This document shows positions 18,751 to 28,761 of a stretch of DNA of 64,000 nt, one piece after another. Numbering within the stretch: position 1 is the stretch's first letter; each line of letters opens with the position of its first letter. The stretch lies in contig MFPS01000008.1 in NCBI GenBank assembly GCA_001782825.1, forward strand, positions 137,012 to 201,011. Reading direction: 5' to 3'. A model generated the notes under the pieces. That model was given only the letters and a program-made list of their open reading frames with translations. It was not told the DNA's origin and made no database searches. This DNA is from Candidatus Magasanikbacteria bacterium RIFCSPHIGHO2_01_FULL_33_34 (GTDB lineage Bacteria; Patescibacteriota; Patescibacteriia; Magasanikbacterales; UBA922). Position numbers and translations under genes: made by a program.

Positions 18751-19254
18751 ATGAATAAAAAAGGTTTTACATTAATAGAAATGCTTATATATGTGGCTAT
18801 AATTGGCGGGGTAGTATTTACTTTTGTATCTTTTGCAATTTCAGTAGTTAATTCACGAAATAAAACTTATACAGTTAGTGAAGTGCAAGCAAATACAAGA
18901 ACAGCCCTTAATGTTATGACGCAAAAAATACGATCATCTGAGGCAATTAATACCAGTACATCTATTTTTGGTGTTGATCCTGGTTATTTATCGCTTTCTA
19001 TGAGTTCAAGTACACTAAATCCAACAATTATTAGTTTGGATCAAGATAATGGCGTTTTACAGATCAAAGAAGGTGTAAGTGCATCTTCAACTATTACAAT
19101 TGATAAATTAAATATAACTAATTTACAATTTACTAATTTAACAGATGGTGATAGAGAAAATGTTAGAATAGATATGACAATAGAATATGGAACAGCAAAC
19201 ACAGAATTTAATTATTCACAAAGTGTTCAGACTGCTGTTACTACAAGGTATTAA
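18751..19254 (+). CDS. Type IV prepilin-like protein (pseudopilin/minor pilin)
   Basis: MNKKG-FTLIEMLIYVAIIGG prepilin motif with Glu at +5. Confidence 0.75.
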   Translation: MNKKGFTLIEMLIYVAIIGGVVFTFVSFAISVVNSRNKTYTVSEVQANTRTALNVMTQKIRSSEAINTSTSIFGVDPGYLSLSMSSSTLNPTIISLDQDNGVLQIKEGVSASSTITIDKLNITNLQFTNLTDGDRENVRIDMTIEYGTANTEFNYSQSVQTAVTTRY

Positions 19255-19257
19255 TAT

Positions 19258-19665
19258 ATGTTTGAATTTTTAAAAAAATTAAAAAAAGACACAAAAGGAG
19301 CTACTGCTTTATTAACAGTTGTTATTGTTGGTGCAGCTACACTAATAATGGCTGTCAGTGCGTCATATTTAGGATTGGGTGAATTAGATTTGGGCTATAC
19401 TTCACAAAAAGGTGCAGAAACTTTTTTTATAGCAGATGGTTGTATGGAGGAAGGACTTCGTCAATTGAGATTAGATACTGGGTATACTGGTGATACATTG
19501 AGCCTAGGTGATGGATCGTGTATAATATCAGTAGTGTCAAGTGGTAATGATAGAACAATTACAGTGACTGCAACAATGAATGAATACAATAAAAAGTTAG
19601 AAGTTAATTTAACTTTAACTGGGAACGTCATAACAATTAATTCTTGGGTAGAATTATCAAATTAA
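19258..19665 (+). CDS. PilX-like minor-pilin/pilus assembly protein (single N-terminal TM helix, no canonical G-F-T-L-I-E)
   Basis: Hydrophobic N-terminus ATALLTVVIVGAATLIMAV, small beta-rich C-terminal part with two Cys; position inside the pilus operon. Confidence 0.4.
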   Translation: MFEFLKKLKKDTKGATALLTVVIVGAATLIMAVSASYLGLGELDLGYTSQKGAETFFIADGCMEEGLRQLRLDTGYTGDTLSLGDGSCIISVVSSGNDRTITVTATMNEYNKKLEVNLTLTGNVITINSWVELSN

Positions 19666-20879
19666 ATATGCACAAAACATCTGTTGGCTTAGATATTGCT
19701 GATCATACAATTGAAATAATTGAATTGGCAGAAGAAAATGGTAATATAAATGTTTTGAATTTAGGAAATTTTGCTTTGTCACCTAATATTGTTAAAAATG
19801 GTATTATAGAAAATAAAGAAAAACTTGCAGAAGCAATTAAAAAAATTTTTTCTTCAACAAAACCAGCACCAATAACTACCAAAAAGATAATCTTTGCTTT
19901 GCCAGAATCTCAGGTTTATATTCATTCTTTTTATTTAGGTGTTCATGATAAAAAAGACAGAGATGAATTGATTTTGCAAGAAATAAAGTCAAATGTACCA
20001 ATAAAAGCAAATGATTTATCTTTTTCTTATAAGATTATTTTAGAAAGTTCTGAAAAGACTGAGATTATAGCAATTGTTGCTAGCCAAAAGGTAGTAAAGG
20101 AATGGATTAATTTTTTTAAAAGTATAAAAATAGAAGTAGAGGTTTTGGATATTGAAACCCTTGCGGTTTTAAGGGGATTATTTCCAAACAAGATTGAAAA
20201 AATTTTTTGTGTTTTGGATATTGGTTCTAGGACATCGCATATCGCTATTTTTGGTAGTTTGGGTCTATATTATTCTTTTTCTTCTTATGTAGCTGGTGAT
20301 AGTATTACAAAAGCATTAAGCACTTCTTTAGATCTAAAAATTTCAGAAGCTGAATCTCTAAAATTAAAAGAAGGGTTATTGTCAAATGATAAAAAAATAG
20401 TAGAAATAATAAAAAATGAATTAAATAAATTAGTTAAAACTTTAAAAGAATCATTTGACTATGTGAAAGTAGAAAAACAAAAAGAAGTAGAAGAAATAGT
20501 CGTAATTGGTGGTACAAGTAAGCTAAAAGGTTTATTAGAATTTTTGAAAAAAGAATTATCTCAGCCAATTTCAATCGGATCGGTAAAAATTTATGATAAA
20601 AGAATACCGATTATATATGTAGAGGCTTATGGCTTGGCTTTACGAGGATTGGATAAAAAATGGGAAAAAAGTGACTTGGCTTTTTCTTTGGATATAAAAA
20701 AAGAAAAAACAAGAAAAAATGAAATTGTTATAACCAAAGAAAATAATAAAATTAGCCAATTATTTCAATTATTAAAATTTGAAAAAATAGACAAAAAAAT
20801 TCGTAATCAAATACTAATTTTGGTATCAGTTTTATTTTTTGGTGTAGTAATTTTGCTTGTAGTGTCTAGTATGAAATAG
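19644..20879 (+). CDS. pilM: Type IV pilus assembly protein PilM (actin-like ATPase fold) with C-terminal transmembrane anchor; probable true start at 19668 (MHKTS)
   Basis: N-terminal VGLDIADHTIEII (PilM/FtsA-like phosphate-1), later GGTSKL; C-terminal hydrophobic tail ILILVSVLFFGVVILLVV; track start overlaps upstream gene by 22 nt. Confidence 0.75.
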   Translation: MGRIIKLNMHKTSVGLDIADHTIEIIELAEENGNINVLNLGNFALSPNIVKNGIIENKEKLAEAIKKIFSSTKPAPITTKKIIFALPESQVYIHSFYLGVHDKKDRDELILQEIKSNVPIKANDLSFSYKIILESSEKTEIIAIVASQKVVKEWINFFKSIKIEVEVLDIETLAVLRGLFPNKIEKIFCVLDIGSRTSHIAIFGSLGLYYSFSSYVAGDSITKALSTSLDLKISEAESLKLKEGLLSNDKKIVEIIKNELNKLVKTLKESFDYVKVEKQKEVEEIVVIGGTSKLKGLLEFLKKELSQPISIGSVKIYDKRIPIIYVEAYGLALRGLDKKWEKSDLAFSLDIKKEKTRKNEIVITKENNKISQLFQLLKFEKIDKKIRNQILILVSVLFFGVVILLVVSSMK

Positions 20880-20950
20880 ATAATTATAGTAAAAATAGTA
20901 TATATTGTGGATATTGAGGTTAATTAAATTAGCTTTAATAATATATATTA

Positions 20951-20959
20951 TGATATAAT
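20951..20959 (+). promoter_or_regulatory. Extended -10 element TGATATAAT about 45 bp upstream of first tandem pilin gene
   Basis: TGnTATAAT read directly from sequence; weak -35. Confidence 0.3.
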
Positions 20960-21003
20960 GTATTAGTATAAATTGTTTTAAATTTAATTACATAATTAAA
21001 CAT

Positions 21004-21495
21004 ATGAAAAAAATGAAGATGAATGGGTTCACCTTGATTGAACTCTTGATCGTAATTGCAATCATTGCAATCATTGCTGCGGTTGCGTTTGTTGCGCTTG
21101 ATCCTTTGACTCGTTTTAGGGATGCACGGGATTCAAGTAGGTGGTCTGATATATCAGCATTAATAAGTGCTATAAAAGTAGATCAGGTAGATAATAGAGG
21201 TTCTTATTTGTCAGCTATATCGGCTCTTGATACAGGGACTATTTATATGATAGGTGCCGGGTCATCTGCTTGTAATGCTACTTGTGATACTGCTCCAACC
21301 AGTACAAGTGCTTGTGTTAATTTAACAGGATTGGTGACAGAAGGTTATTTAGCAAGTGTGCCAATTAGTCCAAATGGTACTGGTTCGTGGGATTCTGATT
21401 ATACGGGATATACATTAGAGAGATCTACTACTGGGGCACTTACAGTTAGGGCTTGTGAATCAGAAAATAGCAGTGAAATACTATTGCAAAGATAA
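21004..21495 (+). CDS. Type IV pilin (candidate major pilin)
   Basis: MKKMKMNG-FTLIELLIVIAIIAIIAAVAF with Glu at +5; C-terminal Cys pair. Confidence 0.85.
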   Translation: MKKMKMNGFTLIELLIVIAIIAIIAAVAFVALDPLTRFRDARDSSRWSDISALISAIKVDQVDNRGSYLSAISALDTGTIYMIGAGSSACNATCDTAPTSTSACVNLTGLVTEGYLASVPISPNGTGSWDSDYTGYTLERSTTGALTVRACESENSSEILLQR

Positions 21496-21512
21496 AATTT
21501 TTACTTAGTATT

Positions 21513-22061
21513 ATGATAAAAAATAGGAGAAGTGGTTTTACATTGATTGAGCTTTTGATAGTAATAGCAATAATAGCAATTTTGGCAGTAGCAGTTTTTG
21601 TTTTACTAGATCCACTTACTAGATTTCAAGATTCACGCGATGCTGTGCGTTTTAATGATGCCGAGGCTATTGTTAATGCAATTCATTTGCATCAGGTTGA
21701 CAATGGGGGCATGTTTTTGAATGCAATTGCTAGTACCACAATCAATACTGATACTTGGTATATGATAATAGATGGTGGTGGAACTAGTGGTATGAATAGT
21801 GGATGTGATGATACTTATGATGATGGTAATTGTGATGCTTCTATTGTTGATGATGATGACTGTGTTGATTTAGATCAACTTGTTTCTGGCGGTTATTTGC
21901 CGAGTGTACCTATTAGCCCTAATGGTGTTGTTACTTGGGATGATGGTAAACTTAATGGTGATGAGGGGACTGGTTATGCCTTGCGTCATAACAAATATGG
22001 TAGTATTAGCATTCAAGCTTGTGAATCAGAGAATTATGACTCTATTATAGTTACAAAATAA
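21513..22061 (+). CDS. Type IV pilin, paralog of upstream gene
   Basis: MIKNRRSG-FTLIELLIVIAIIAILAVAVF; shares internal motifs with 21004 gene (LDPLTRF.D.RD, ACESEN). Confidence 0.85.
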   Translation: MIKNRRSGFTLIELLIVIAIIAILAVAVFVLLDPLTRFQDSRDAVRFNDAEAIVNAIHLHQVDNGGMFLNAIASTTINTDTWYMIIDGGGTSGMNSGCDDTYDDGNCDASIVDDDDCVDLDQLVSGGYLPSVPISPNGVVTWDDGKLNGDEGTGYALRHNKYGSISIQACESENYDSIIVTK

Positions 22062-22177
22062 CAATAAATTTTATTATATATATTATTAATTTTTGTGATA
22101 AGTCATAAGAAGTGTCATAAAATATATTTGTAAAAATTCACATAAACATAATAATTATAAAAATAATTGAGAATTGT

Positions 22178-22570
22178 ATGAAAGAAAAAATTTTAATCGT
22201 TGAGGATGAAAAAACTTTGCGTAATGCAATTAAAATAAAACTTGATAAAATTGGTTATAAGGTATTGGAAGCTAAAAATGGAAGAGAAGGATTAGAAATA
22301 GCTTTAAAAGAGAAACCTGATTTAATATTGCTTGATATAGTTATGCCTATTATGGATGGAATGAAAATGCTTAAAAGATTGAGGAAAAATAAAGGTTCAG
22401 AACATATATTAGTTATTGTATTAACTAATATATCTGATGCAGAAAAGATTGAAGAAAGTCTTGGCAGTGGAGTATGTGATTATTTAATAAAATCTGATTG
22501 GAAATTAGATGAATTGGTACAAAAAATAAAGGAGAGAATAGATGCTAATTGTATAATAAATAAAAAATAA
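22178..22570 (+). CDS. Single-domain response regulator (CheY/PilH-like receiver) at end of pilus operon
   Basis: VEDEKT, DLILLDIVMPIMDG, 130 aa, no output domain. Confidence 0.85.
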   Translation: MKEKILIVEDEKTLRNAIKIKLDKIGYKVLEAKNGREGLEIALKEKPDLILLDIVMPIMDGMKMLKRLRKNKGSEHILVIVLTNISDAEKIEESLGSGVCDYLIKSDWKLDELVQKIKERIDANCIINKK

Positions 22571-22574
22571 GATT

Positions 22575-22817
22575 ATGAATATAAAGATATATACAACTCC
22601 AACTTGTCCATATTGTGAGCGTGCCAAAGAATTGCTTAATTCAATCAATTTAGAATATAAAGAAGTTGATGTTGAATCTAATCCAGAAGAGAGGGTTAAG
22701 TTGATTGAAGATTATCAATGGATGACAGTGCCAGCAGTATTTATTGATGATAAGCTTGTAGGTGGCTATGATGATTTGGTAAAGATTCATTCTGAAGGAA
22801 AATTATTTACTAAATAA
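22575..22817 (+). CDS. Glutaredoxin-like protein (CPYC active site)
   Basis: YTTPTCPYCERAKELL, 80 aa thioredoxin fold. Confidence 0.75.
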   Translation: MNIKIYTTPTCPYCERAKELLNSINLEYKEVDVESNPEERVKLIEDYQWMTVPAVFIDDKLVGGYDDLVKIHSEGKLFTK

Positions 22818-22896
22818 TTTGTCAACATTTAATTTGATAAATTTAATATAAAAATTAAATATATATTTTATATATAATTAATTTTTAAATTGTAAT

Positions 22897-23127
22897 ATGA
22901 AAGTAGAAATATATTCTACTCCAACTTGTCCATATTGTTTGAAAGCTAAAGAGTATTTCAAGGAAAATAAGGTAGAATTTGTAGAGCATAATGTGGCTGA
23001 AGATCAAGACAGGGGACGAGAGATGGTTGAAAAATCTGGTCAAATGGGTGTGCCAGTAATATTGATAGGGGATGAGGTTGTGGTAGGGTTTAATAAATCA
23101 AAGATTGATAAAGCATTGGGGCTATAA
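22897..23127 (+). CDS. Glutaredoxin-like protein (CPYC active site), paralog
   Basis: YSTPTCPYCLKAKEYF, 76 aa. Confidence 0.75.
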   Translation: MKVEIYSTPTCPYCLKAKEYFKENKVEFVEHNVAEDQDRGREMVEKSGQMGVPVILIGDEVVVGFNKSKIDKALGL

Positions 23128-23162
23128 AGAAACTATATAGAAATATATAGTTTCTTTTTCGG
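23127..23162 (+). terminator. Rho-independent terminator hairpin (AAAGAAACTATATA...TATATAGTTTCTTT + T-run)
   Basis: 14-bp inverted repeat immediately after glutaredoxin stop. Confidence 0.6.
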
Positions 23163-23203
23163 TATTATGATATAATATTGTTATAATTGTAGTAAATATT
23201 TAT

Positions 23204-24931
23204 ATGAATTTTATAAAAAAATTCAAAGTTTTAATTATATTTGTCATAATTTTATTAGCTGTTGTAGGATATTTTTTATTAAAACCAGAAAAACCACCTA
23301 GGATTGATACTGTAAAAGTTGAACTTACAGATTTAAAGCAATTTGTGAGTGTTGTTGGTAATGTAAAAGCTGCAAAAAATGCAGATCTTGCATTTGAAAA
23401 TGGTGGTAAGGTTAGTAAGGTGCACTTTGATGTTGGTGATCATGTTAATGCTGGTGATGTGCTTGCAGAACTTAATGTGGCTGATTTACAAGCTGATTTA
23501 CAACAAGCAAAAGCACAGGTATCAAGTGCGGAAGCAACTTTGGGACAATATAAAGCAGTGCTTAGTGCAGAACAAGCAAGGCTTGACGAAATGAAAAGTG
23601 GGACTCGTCTAGAAGAGATCAAAATTGCACAGACCAAAGTAGACAATGCAAAATCAGATCTGTCTATTGCTAAACTTGATTTGGAAACTACAAAAACAAA
23701 AGCCCAAACAGATTTAGAAAATTTGTATGATGATGTTATAAATACATTAAATGATGGTCATACAAAGGCTGATAATGCTATCAATACTCAACTTGATGAT
23801 TTGTTTACAAATGTAAATAATGTTGATTTTACATTTGAACCAAATAACTCTCAATTGGAAGTCAATGCTCTTACGGCTCGAAGGGATTCATTACTAGAAT
23901 TAACAAAATTACGTACTGAAATTGATAAAGTTCATACTAGTAATTTAGATTTTGATAATGCATTGTCAGTAGGTAAAACTAGTCTTCTCGCTGTAAGATA
24001 TTTTTTGAATTTAGTCGGGGATGTATTGGATGGAGATGTAAGTTTATCAACTGCAACTTTAGCTACTTATAAAACCAATTTGAATACTGCTAAAACAAAT
24101 GTTAATACTGCACTTACTAGTATTTCAAATCTTCAACAGTCAATTTTGGCTCAAAAAAATACAAATATTGATAATATAAATTCTATACAGGCAATTGTAG
24201 ATGGAGCAGAGTTTGATTTGAGATCAGCAGAAGATGAACTTAATTTGAAATTAGCTGGATACACAAAAGAACAAGTTGACGCGCAAACTGCCAAAGTTCA
24301 ACAGGCGGAGGCTAATATAGTTTCACAAAGAGCTATTATTAATCAAAAAAATGCTAGTGTAGAAAGTGCTCAAGCAAAAATAGAAAAAAATATTATACAT
24401 TCTCCTATAAAAGGTGTAATAACTAAACAGGATGCAAAAGAAGGGGAGATAGTATCTGCAAATACTATTGTTATATCAATAATTTCTGAATTAGAATTTG
24501 AAATAGAAGCATATATAACAGAGGTGGATATATCCAAAATAAAGATTGGTAATAAAGCTCAAGTCGTACTTGATGCTTATGGGGATGATGAATTATTTGA
24601 AGCAAGTGTGGTTTCAATAGATCCAGCCGAAAGAGTGATTGAGGGTGTATCAACATACAAAACAACATTACAATTTAGTAATGGAGTTGAAAAAATACGT
24701 TCAGGTATGACAGCAGATTTAGAAATAATGACAAATCATCTGGAGAATATAATCGCAATCCCTCTTAGAGCTGTTTTAAACAAAGATAATAATAAAGTTG
24801 TAAGAAAACTTGTTAATGGTGAAATTGTTTATGAAAATGTTACAACTGGTTTGCGTGGATCAGATGGCAAAGTAGAAATATTAAGCGGTATTAAAGAAGG
24901 CGAGATTATAATTACATTTATAGAAGAATAA
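23204..24931 (+). CDS. HlyD/MacA-family periplasmic adaptor (membrane fusion protein) with unusually long coiled-coil hairpin
   Basis: N-terminal TM helix, split lipoyl-like halves (VGNVKAAKNADLAF... / IHSPIKGVITK), about 290-aa coiled-coil region, beta-barrel C-terminus; 575 aa. Confidence 0.8.
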   Translation: MNFIKKFKVLIIFVIILLAVVGYFLLKPEKPPRIDTVKVELTDLKQFVSVVGNVKAAKNADLAFENGGKVSKVHFDVGDHVNAGDVLAELNVADLQADLQQAKAQVSSAEATLGQYKAVLSAEQARLDEMKSGTRLEEIKIAQTKVDNAKSDLSIAKLDLETTKTKAQTDLENLYDDVINTLNDGHTKADNAINTQLDDLFTNVNNVDFTFEPNNSQLEVNALTARRDSLLELTKLRTEIDKVHTSNLDFDNALSVGKTSLLAVRYFLNLVGDVLDGDVSLSTATLATYKTNLNTAKTNVNTALTSISNLQQSILAQKNTNIDNINSIQAIVDGAEFDLRSAEDELNLKLAGYTKEQVDAQTAKVQQAEANIVSQRAIINQKNASVESAQAKIEKNIIHSPIKGVITKQDAKEGEIVSANTIVISIISELEFEIEAYITEVDISKIKIGNKAQVVLDAYGDDELFEASVVSIDPAERVIEGVSTYKTTLQFSNGVEKIRSGMTADLEIMTNHLENIIAIPLRAVLNKDNNKVVRKLVNGEIVYENVTTGLRGSDGKVEILSGIKEGEIIITFIEE

Positions 24932-24936
24932 ATTAT

Positions 24937-25641
24937 ATGCCTTTGCTTGAAATAAAAGATTTGAAAAAAATTTATTCAATTGATGAGGTTGAAACCTACG
25001 CTCTTCGCGGGGTTTCATTTAATGTTGAGGAAGGTGAATTTATTGCTATTACTGGTCCGTCTGGTTCTGGTAAGTCTACTCTATTACATATATTAGGTTT
25101 TTTAGATAAACCAACTACTGGGGAGTATAAATTTTCTGGAAAAATGATTGATAAATATTCTGAAAATGAATCAGCAGTATTTAGAAACAAAGAAATTGGT
25201 TTTGTTTTTCAATCGTTTAATCTTTTGGCTAGGACAAGTGTTATTGACAATATAAAACTTCCATTAATGTATTCCGATATACCAGAAAAAAATTGGCATA
25301 ATTTAGCAACTAAAGCGATTGAAGAAGTTGGCTTGTCTCATAGAGTACATCATTATCCCTCACAACTCTCCGGTGGAGAAAAACAAAGAACAGCAATAGC
25401 ACGTGCACTTATAACTAATCCAAAGATAATATTTGCTGATGAACCAACTGGTAATTTGGATACAAAGACAGGGGAATCTATTATGGCTATTTTTGATAAG
25501 TTAAATAGAATAAATAGGCATACCCTTATTTTGATTACTCATGAAAAAGAAGTGGCAAATTATGCTGATAGAATTATTCATATACGGGATGGAAAGATTG
25601 AATATGATAGATTAACCAAAAATGGTAAAAATAATATATGA
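24937..25641 (+). CDS. ABC transporter ATP-binding protein, MacB/LolD/FtsE-like
   Basis: Walker A GPSGSGKST, signature LSGGEKQR, Walker B IIFADEPTGNLD. Confidence 0.85.
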   Translation: MPLLEIKDLKKIYSIDEVETYALRGVSFNVEEGEFIAITGPSGSGKSTLLHILGFLDKPTTGEYKFSGKMIDKYSENESAVFRNKEIGFVFQSFNLLARTSVIDNIKLPLMYSDIPEKNWHNLATKAIEEVGLSHRVHHYPSQLSGGEKQRTAIARALITNPKIIFADEPTGNLDTKTGESIMAIFDKLNRINRHTLILITHEKEVANYADRIIHIRDGKIEYDRLTKNGKNNI

Positions 25642-26882
25642 AGATTAGTAGTACATTCAAAATTTCTTTTGTAGCCTTAAATGCCAACAAATTACGATCT
25701 AGCTTGACTATTTTGGGCATAGTTATTGGTATAACTGCTATAATGGTAGTTGTTTCTGTTGGTAGAAGTGCTGAAAATATGATTTTGGGTGAAATTGGTG
25801 GCATGGGTGCTGAGATGATAGTTATTAGACCTGGAAAAGAGCCAAAAGGACCAACTGATATAGCTGGATCACTATTATCAAATTCTCTTAAAACACAGGA
25901 TGTTGAAGCATTAAGAAATAAAAATAATGTACCTTATTTGGAAGATTTGGCTCCGGCTGTGATAGTACCCGGTAGTGTTTCATATTCTGGTGAAACTTAT
26001 ACACCAGTTATTTTCGGTTGGGTGCCGGATTTAATGGTAAAAATGTTTGATATCTATGCCGATGAGGGAACATTTTTTACAGATGCAGATATCAAACAGA
26101 AAGCAAATGTAGTAATAATAGGTGCAAAAGTTAAAAAAGAACTGTTTGGTGATTCTGATGCAGTTGGAAAAAATATCAAAATTAAAAATAAAAGTTTTAA
26201 AGTTGTCAGTACTATTGCCCCTATAGGCCAAGTTGGTTTTTTTAATGTGGATGATATGGTATTACTGCCATATACAACTGCTCAAACATATTTATTAGGC
26301 ATTGATCATTATCATGAAGTGATTGTGATGGCAAAAAGTCCAGAGTTGGTAGATGCTACAGTGGTAGATATAGAAAGAACATTAAGAGAAATGCATAATA
26401 TTACTGATGAATCAAAAGATGATTTTTTTATAGTTACACAGGAAGGTGTAGTTGAACAAGTCAAGACAATTGTTGGTGCGCTTACAATATTTTTGTCAGT
26501 AGTAGTAGCGATATCATTATTAGTTGGAGGAATTGGTATTATGAATATAATGTTTGTATCTGTGACTGAGAGAACTCGTGAGATTGGATTGCGTAAAGCT
26601 ATGGGAGCAACCAAAAAAGATATTATGTTTCAGTTTTTGATTGAAGCAATTTTATTAACTGGTATGGGTGGTTTAATTGGAGTAATTTTGGGGGCTGGTT
26701 TTTCTTATATTGGTTCATTTGCATTGGGACAAGCTATGGGTACAATTGTAAAATTTAGTTTTCCTCTTAGTGCTGCTATTCTTGGTATTTCTGTTTCTGC
26801 TTTTGTTGGATTAGTTTTTGGTTTGTATCCAGCGCGCAAGGCTGCCAACAAAGACGCAATTGAAGCACTTCGTTATGAGTAG
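25638..26882 (+). CDS. ABC transporter permease, FtsX/MacB-like with large extracytoplasmic domain
   Basis: N-terminal TM, about 230-aa extracytoplasmic loop, C-terminal FtsX-type 3-TM bundle (REIGLRKAMGAT). Confidence 0.85.
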   Translation: MKISSTFKISFVALNANKLRSSLTILGIVIGITAIMVVVSVGRSAENMILGEIGGMGAEMIVIRPGKEPKGPTDIAGSLLSNSLKTQDVEALRNKNNVPYLEDLAPAVIVPGSVSYSGETYTPVIFGWVPDLMVKMFDIYADEGTFFTDADIKQKANVVIIGAKVKKELFGDSDAVGKNIKIKNKSFKVVSTIAPIGQVGFFNVDDMVLLPYTTAQTYLLGIDHYHEVIVMAKSPELVDATVVDIERTLREMHNITDESKDDFFIVTQEGVVEQVKTIVGALTIFLSVVVAISLLVGGIGIMNIMFVSVTERTREIGLRKAMGATKKDIMFQFLIEAILLTGMGGLIGVILGAGFSYIGSFALGQAMGTIVKFSFPLSAAILGISVSAFVGLVFGLYPARKAANKDAIEALRYE

Positions 26883-26886
26883 TTTA

Positions 26887-26915
26887 TTGACAGTATAAAA
26901 TATCTAAAATACAAT
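26887..26915 (+). promoter_or_regulatory. Candidate promoter TTGACA-17bp-TACAAT upstream of protease triplet
   Basis: Consensus hexamers read from sequence; GGAG RBS then GTG start at 26971. Confidence 0.45.
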
Positions 26916-26970
26916 AGATATAGGTTGTTTGCGTTCTTTATAATTTTTCATCACAGAATGGAGTACAAAA

Positions 26971-27798
26971 GTGAAAAAAACAAAAATTTATTTACTTTTT
27001 ATTTTAACATGGTTATTGATCGTAATAGTTTATATATTATTGCCAGTACAAACTATAAAAAAAGAAGATTTTAATCTTTATTATAGTGAAGTAAATACAC
27101 AAAGAGTTATTTCATCCACTGCTCAAGTTACAATTTTTAATAATGAAAAAATATATTTATGTACAGCTTTTGCATATAAACGTGAAGGAAATTTATATTA
27201 TTTTGCAACCGCAGCACACTGTGTAGCAGATATGGATGATGAAAACAAAAATATTATTAAACGTTATGATAATGTAATGTTACAAATCTCAGATGATCTT
27301 AATAATTCTGAAAAAGATTCATATATTGCTGAAGTCGTAGGGGTTGGTTATGAACCTGTGGGTGATGATTTTGCGATATTAACAGCAACAATTGATAAAT
27401 ATATACCTTTGTTAGATTTTTCTGGTATTGAGCCTATGTTAGGTAATTGTGTGTTAAATGTGAGCTTTCCAGCTAAGTCTGATGGGAATATATTTATGGG
27501 ATATATAACAAATATAAATTATCAAATAGATATAGAAAGTAAGTCTATCATTTATCATACTGTAGTAGCTAAACTATTTGGTATAGAAATAGCTGGTGGC
27601 GCATCAGGTTCTGCACTTGTTAGTTGTTCATCAGCTAAAGTATATGGTGTTGTAGTAGCCTCTACTGGTAATGAAGTTAGTCTTGTTGCAATTCCCGTTC
27701 AGAAATTTATTGATTTTGAGCAAAAAATAATTAAAAAAGAATATTTATATAAATTAATGCCAAAAGAGCCAGGGTTTTGTCCAATTGATGAAAAATAA
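26971..27798 (+). CDS. Secreted/membrane-anchored trypsin-like serine protease (S1B, glutamyl-endopeptidase-like), paralog 1
   Basis: GTG start; N-terminal TM; catalytic-triad motifs TAAHC (His), DDFAIL (Asp), GGASGSAL (Ser, G-x-S-G-S type). Confidence 0.7.
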   Translation: MKKTKIYLLFILTWLLIVIVYILLPVQTIKKEDFNLYYSEVNTQRVISSTAQVTIFNNEKIYLCTAFAYKREGNLYYFATAAHCVADMDDENKNIIKRYDNVMLQISDDLNNSEKDSYIAEVVGVGYEPVGDDFAILTATIDKYIPLLDFSGIEPMLGNCVLNVSFPAKSDGNIFMGYITNINYQIDIESKSIIYHTVVAKLFGIEIAGGASGSALVSCSSAKVYGVVVASTGNEVSLVAIPVQKFIDFEQKIIKKEYLYKLMPKEPGFCPIDEK

Positions 27799-27853
27799 AT
27801 CAGCGCATCAGTCGTTCTTTATAATTTATCCGATGTAAACAGAGAGGTGAAAA

Positions 27854-28615
27854 ATGCCTTTTTTGAATCATTTCAAAAATGTATTTTTTTGTTTTCTTAC
27901 TTTCTTTATTTTAAATGGTTGCTTACAAAAATCATTTAGACATGATAGATGCATGGTGTGGAAAAATCCGCATCAAGAATACATTATGTTTATGTCAGTT
28001 CCAAAAGTTATCATTTATAAAGAAAAAAATAGTACAGCTTCATGTACCGCATTCCCATACCGTTTTGAGAATAATAAGTATTATTTTGTAACAGCAGCAC
28101 ATTGTGTTGCTGAAGATGATTTAAATACTAAAAAAGTAAAAATCTTGGCTAAAAAGGTGGAATTAGATTTTAGATTATATCCATTTTATAAAACAAAACC
28201 AGTTGAGGCAAAAATCGTAGCTGTTGGTTATAAAGAGGTTGGTGATGATTTTGCTATACTTGAAGTAGAATTATCATTTAATGTTGCATTATTAAAATTT
28301 TCTCATAAAGAAGCTGTGGTAGGAGAATGTGTGTTGAATGTGAGTTATCCTAAAGAGGCAAAAGGAAATATTTTTTATGGGACTATTTCTCAAATAAATA
28401 AGAAAAGTCCACAATTTATAGTTAATTTTGATAATATTAATGATGCACACGGATCCTCTGGTTCTGCAATTGTGTCTTGTGAGTCGAATGAAATATTAGG
28501 TATATTAGTATCTCAACATACTGTAGATAGACGAAATATATACTATATTAAAATTGATGATTTTATAAATTTTGAAAGACAAGTAAGAAAAGGTAAATAT
28601 ACATATTATAAGTAA
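27854..28615 (+). CDS. Secreted trypsin-like serine protease (S1B-like), paralog 2, possible lipoprotein
   Basis: TAAHC, DDFAIL, HGSSGSAIV; N-terminal signal with LNGC lipobox-like motif. Confidence 0.7.
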   Translation: MPFLNHFKNVFFCFLTFFILNGCLQKSFRHDRCMVWKNPHQEYIMFMSVPKVIIYKEKNSTASCTAFPYRFENNKYYFVTAAHCVAEDDLNTKKVKILAKKVELDFRLYPFYKTKPVEAKIVAVGYKEVGDDFAILEVELSFNVALLKFSHKEAVVGECVLNVSYPKEAKGNIFYGTISQINKKSPQFIVNFDNINDAHGSSGSAIVSCESNEILGILVSQHTVDRRNIYYIKIDDFINFERQVRKGKYTYYK

Positions 28616-28648
28616 AAAAATAATATGAAAAAAAACATCGGAAATTAT

Positions 28649-28683
28649 AAGGGCCTTGTTAAAACAAGGCCCTTTGTTATTTG
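28649..28683 (+). terminator. Rho-independent terminator (AAGGGCCTTG-TTAAAA-CAAGGCCCTT + T-rich)
   Basis: 10-bp GC-containing stem after protease paralog 2. Confidence 0.6.
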
Positions 28684-28761
28684 ACATGAAATTATTAATA
28701 AAATACACTAATTAGTGAGTCTGTTCATTAAAATTTATGACATTCAATCAGGAGAAAGACA

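Noticed and set aside
19644-19667. Annotated PilM start at 19644 overlapping upstream gene
   Set aside because: Not rejected as a gene; the internal ATG at 19668 (MHKTS...) immediately after the upstream stop is the more likely start, as the 8-aa extension has no function and creates overlap
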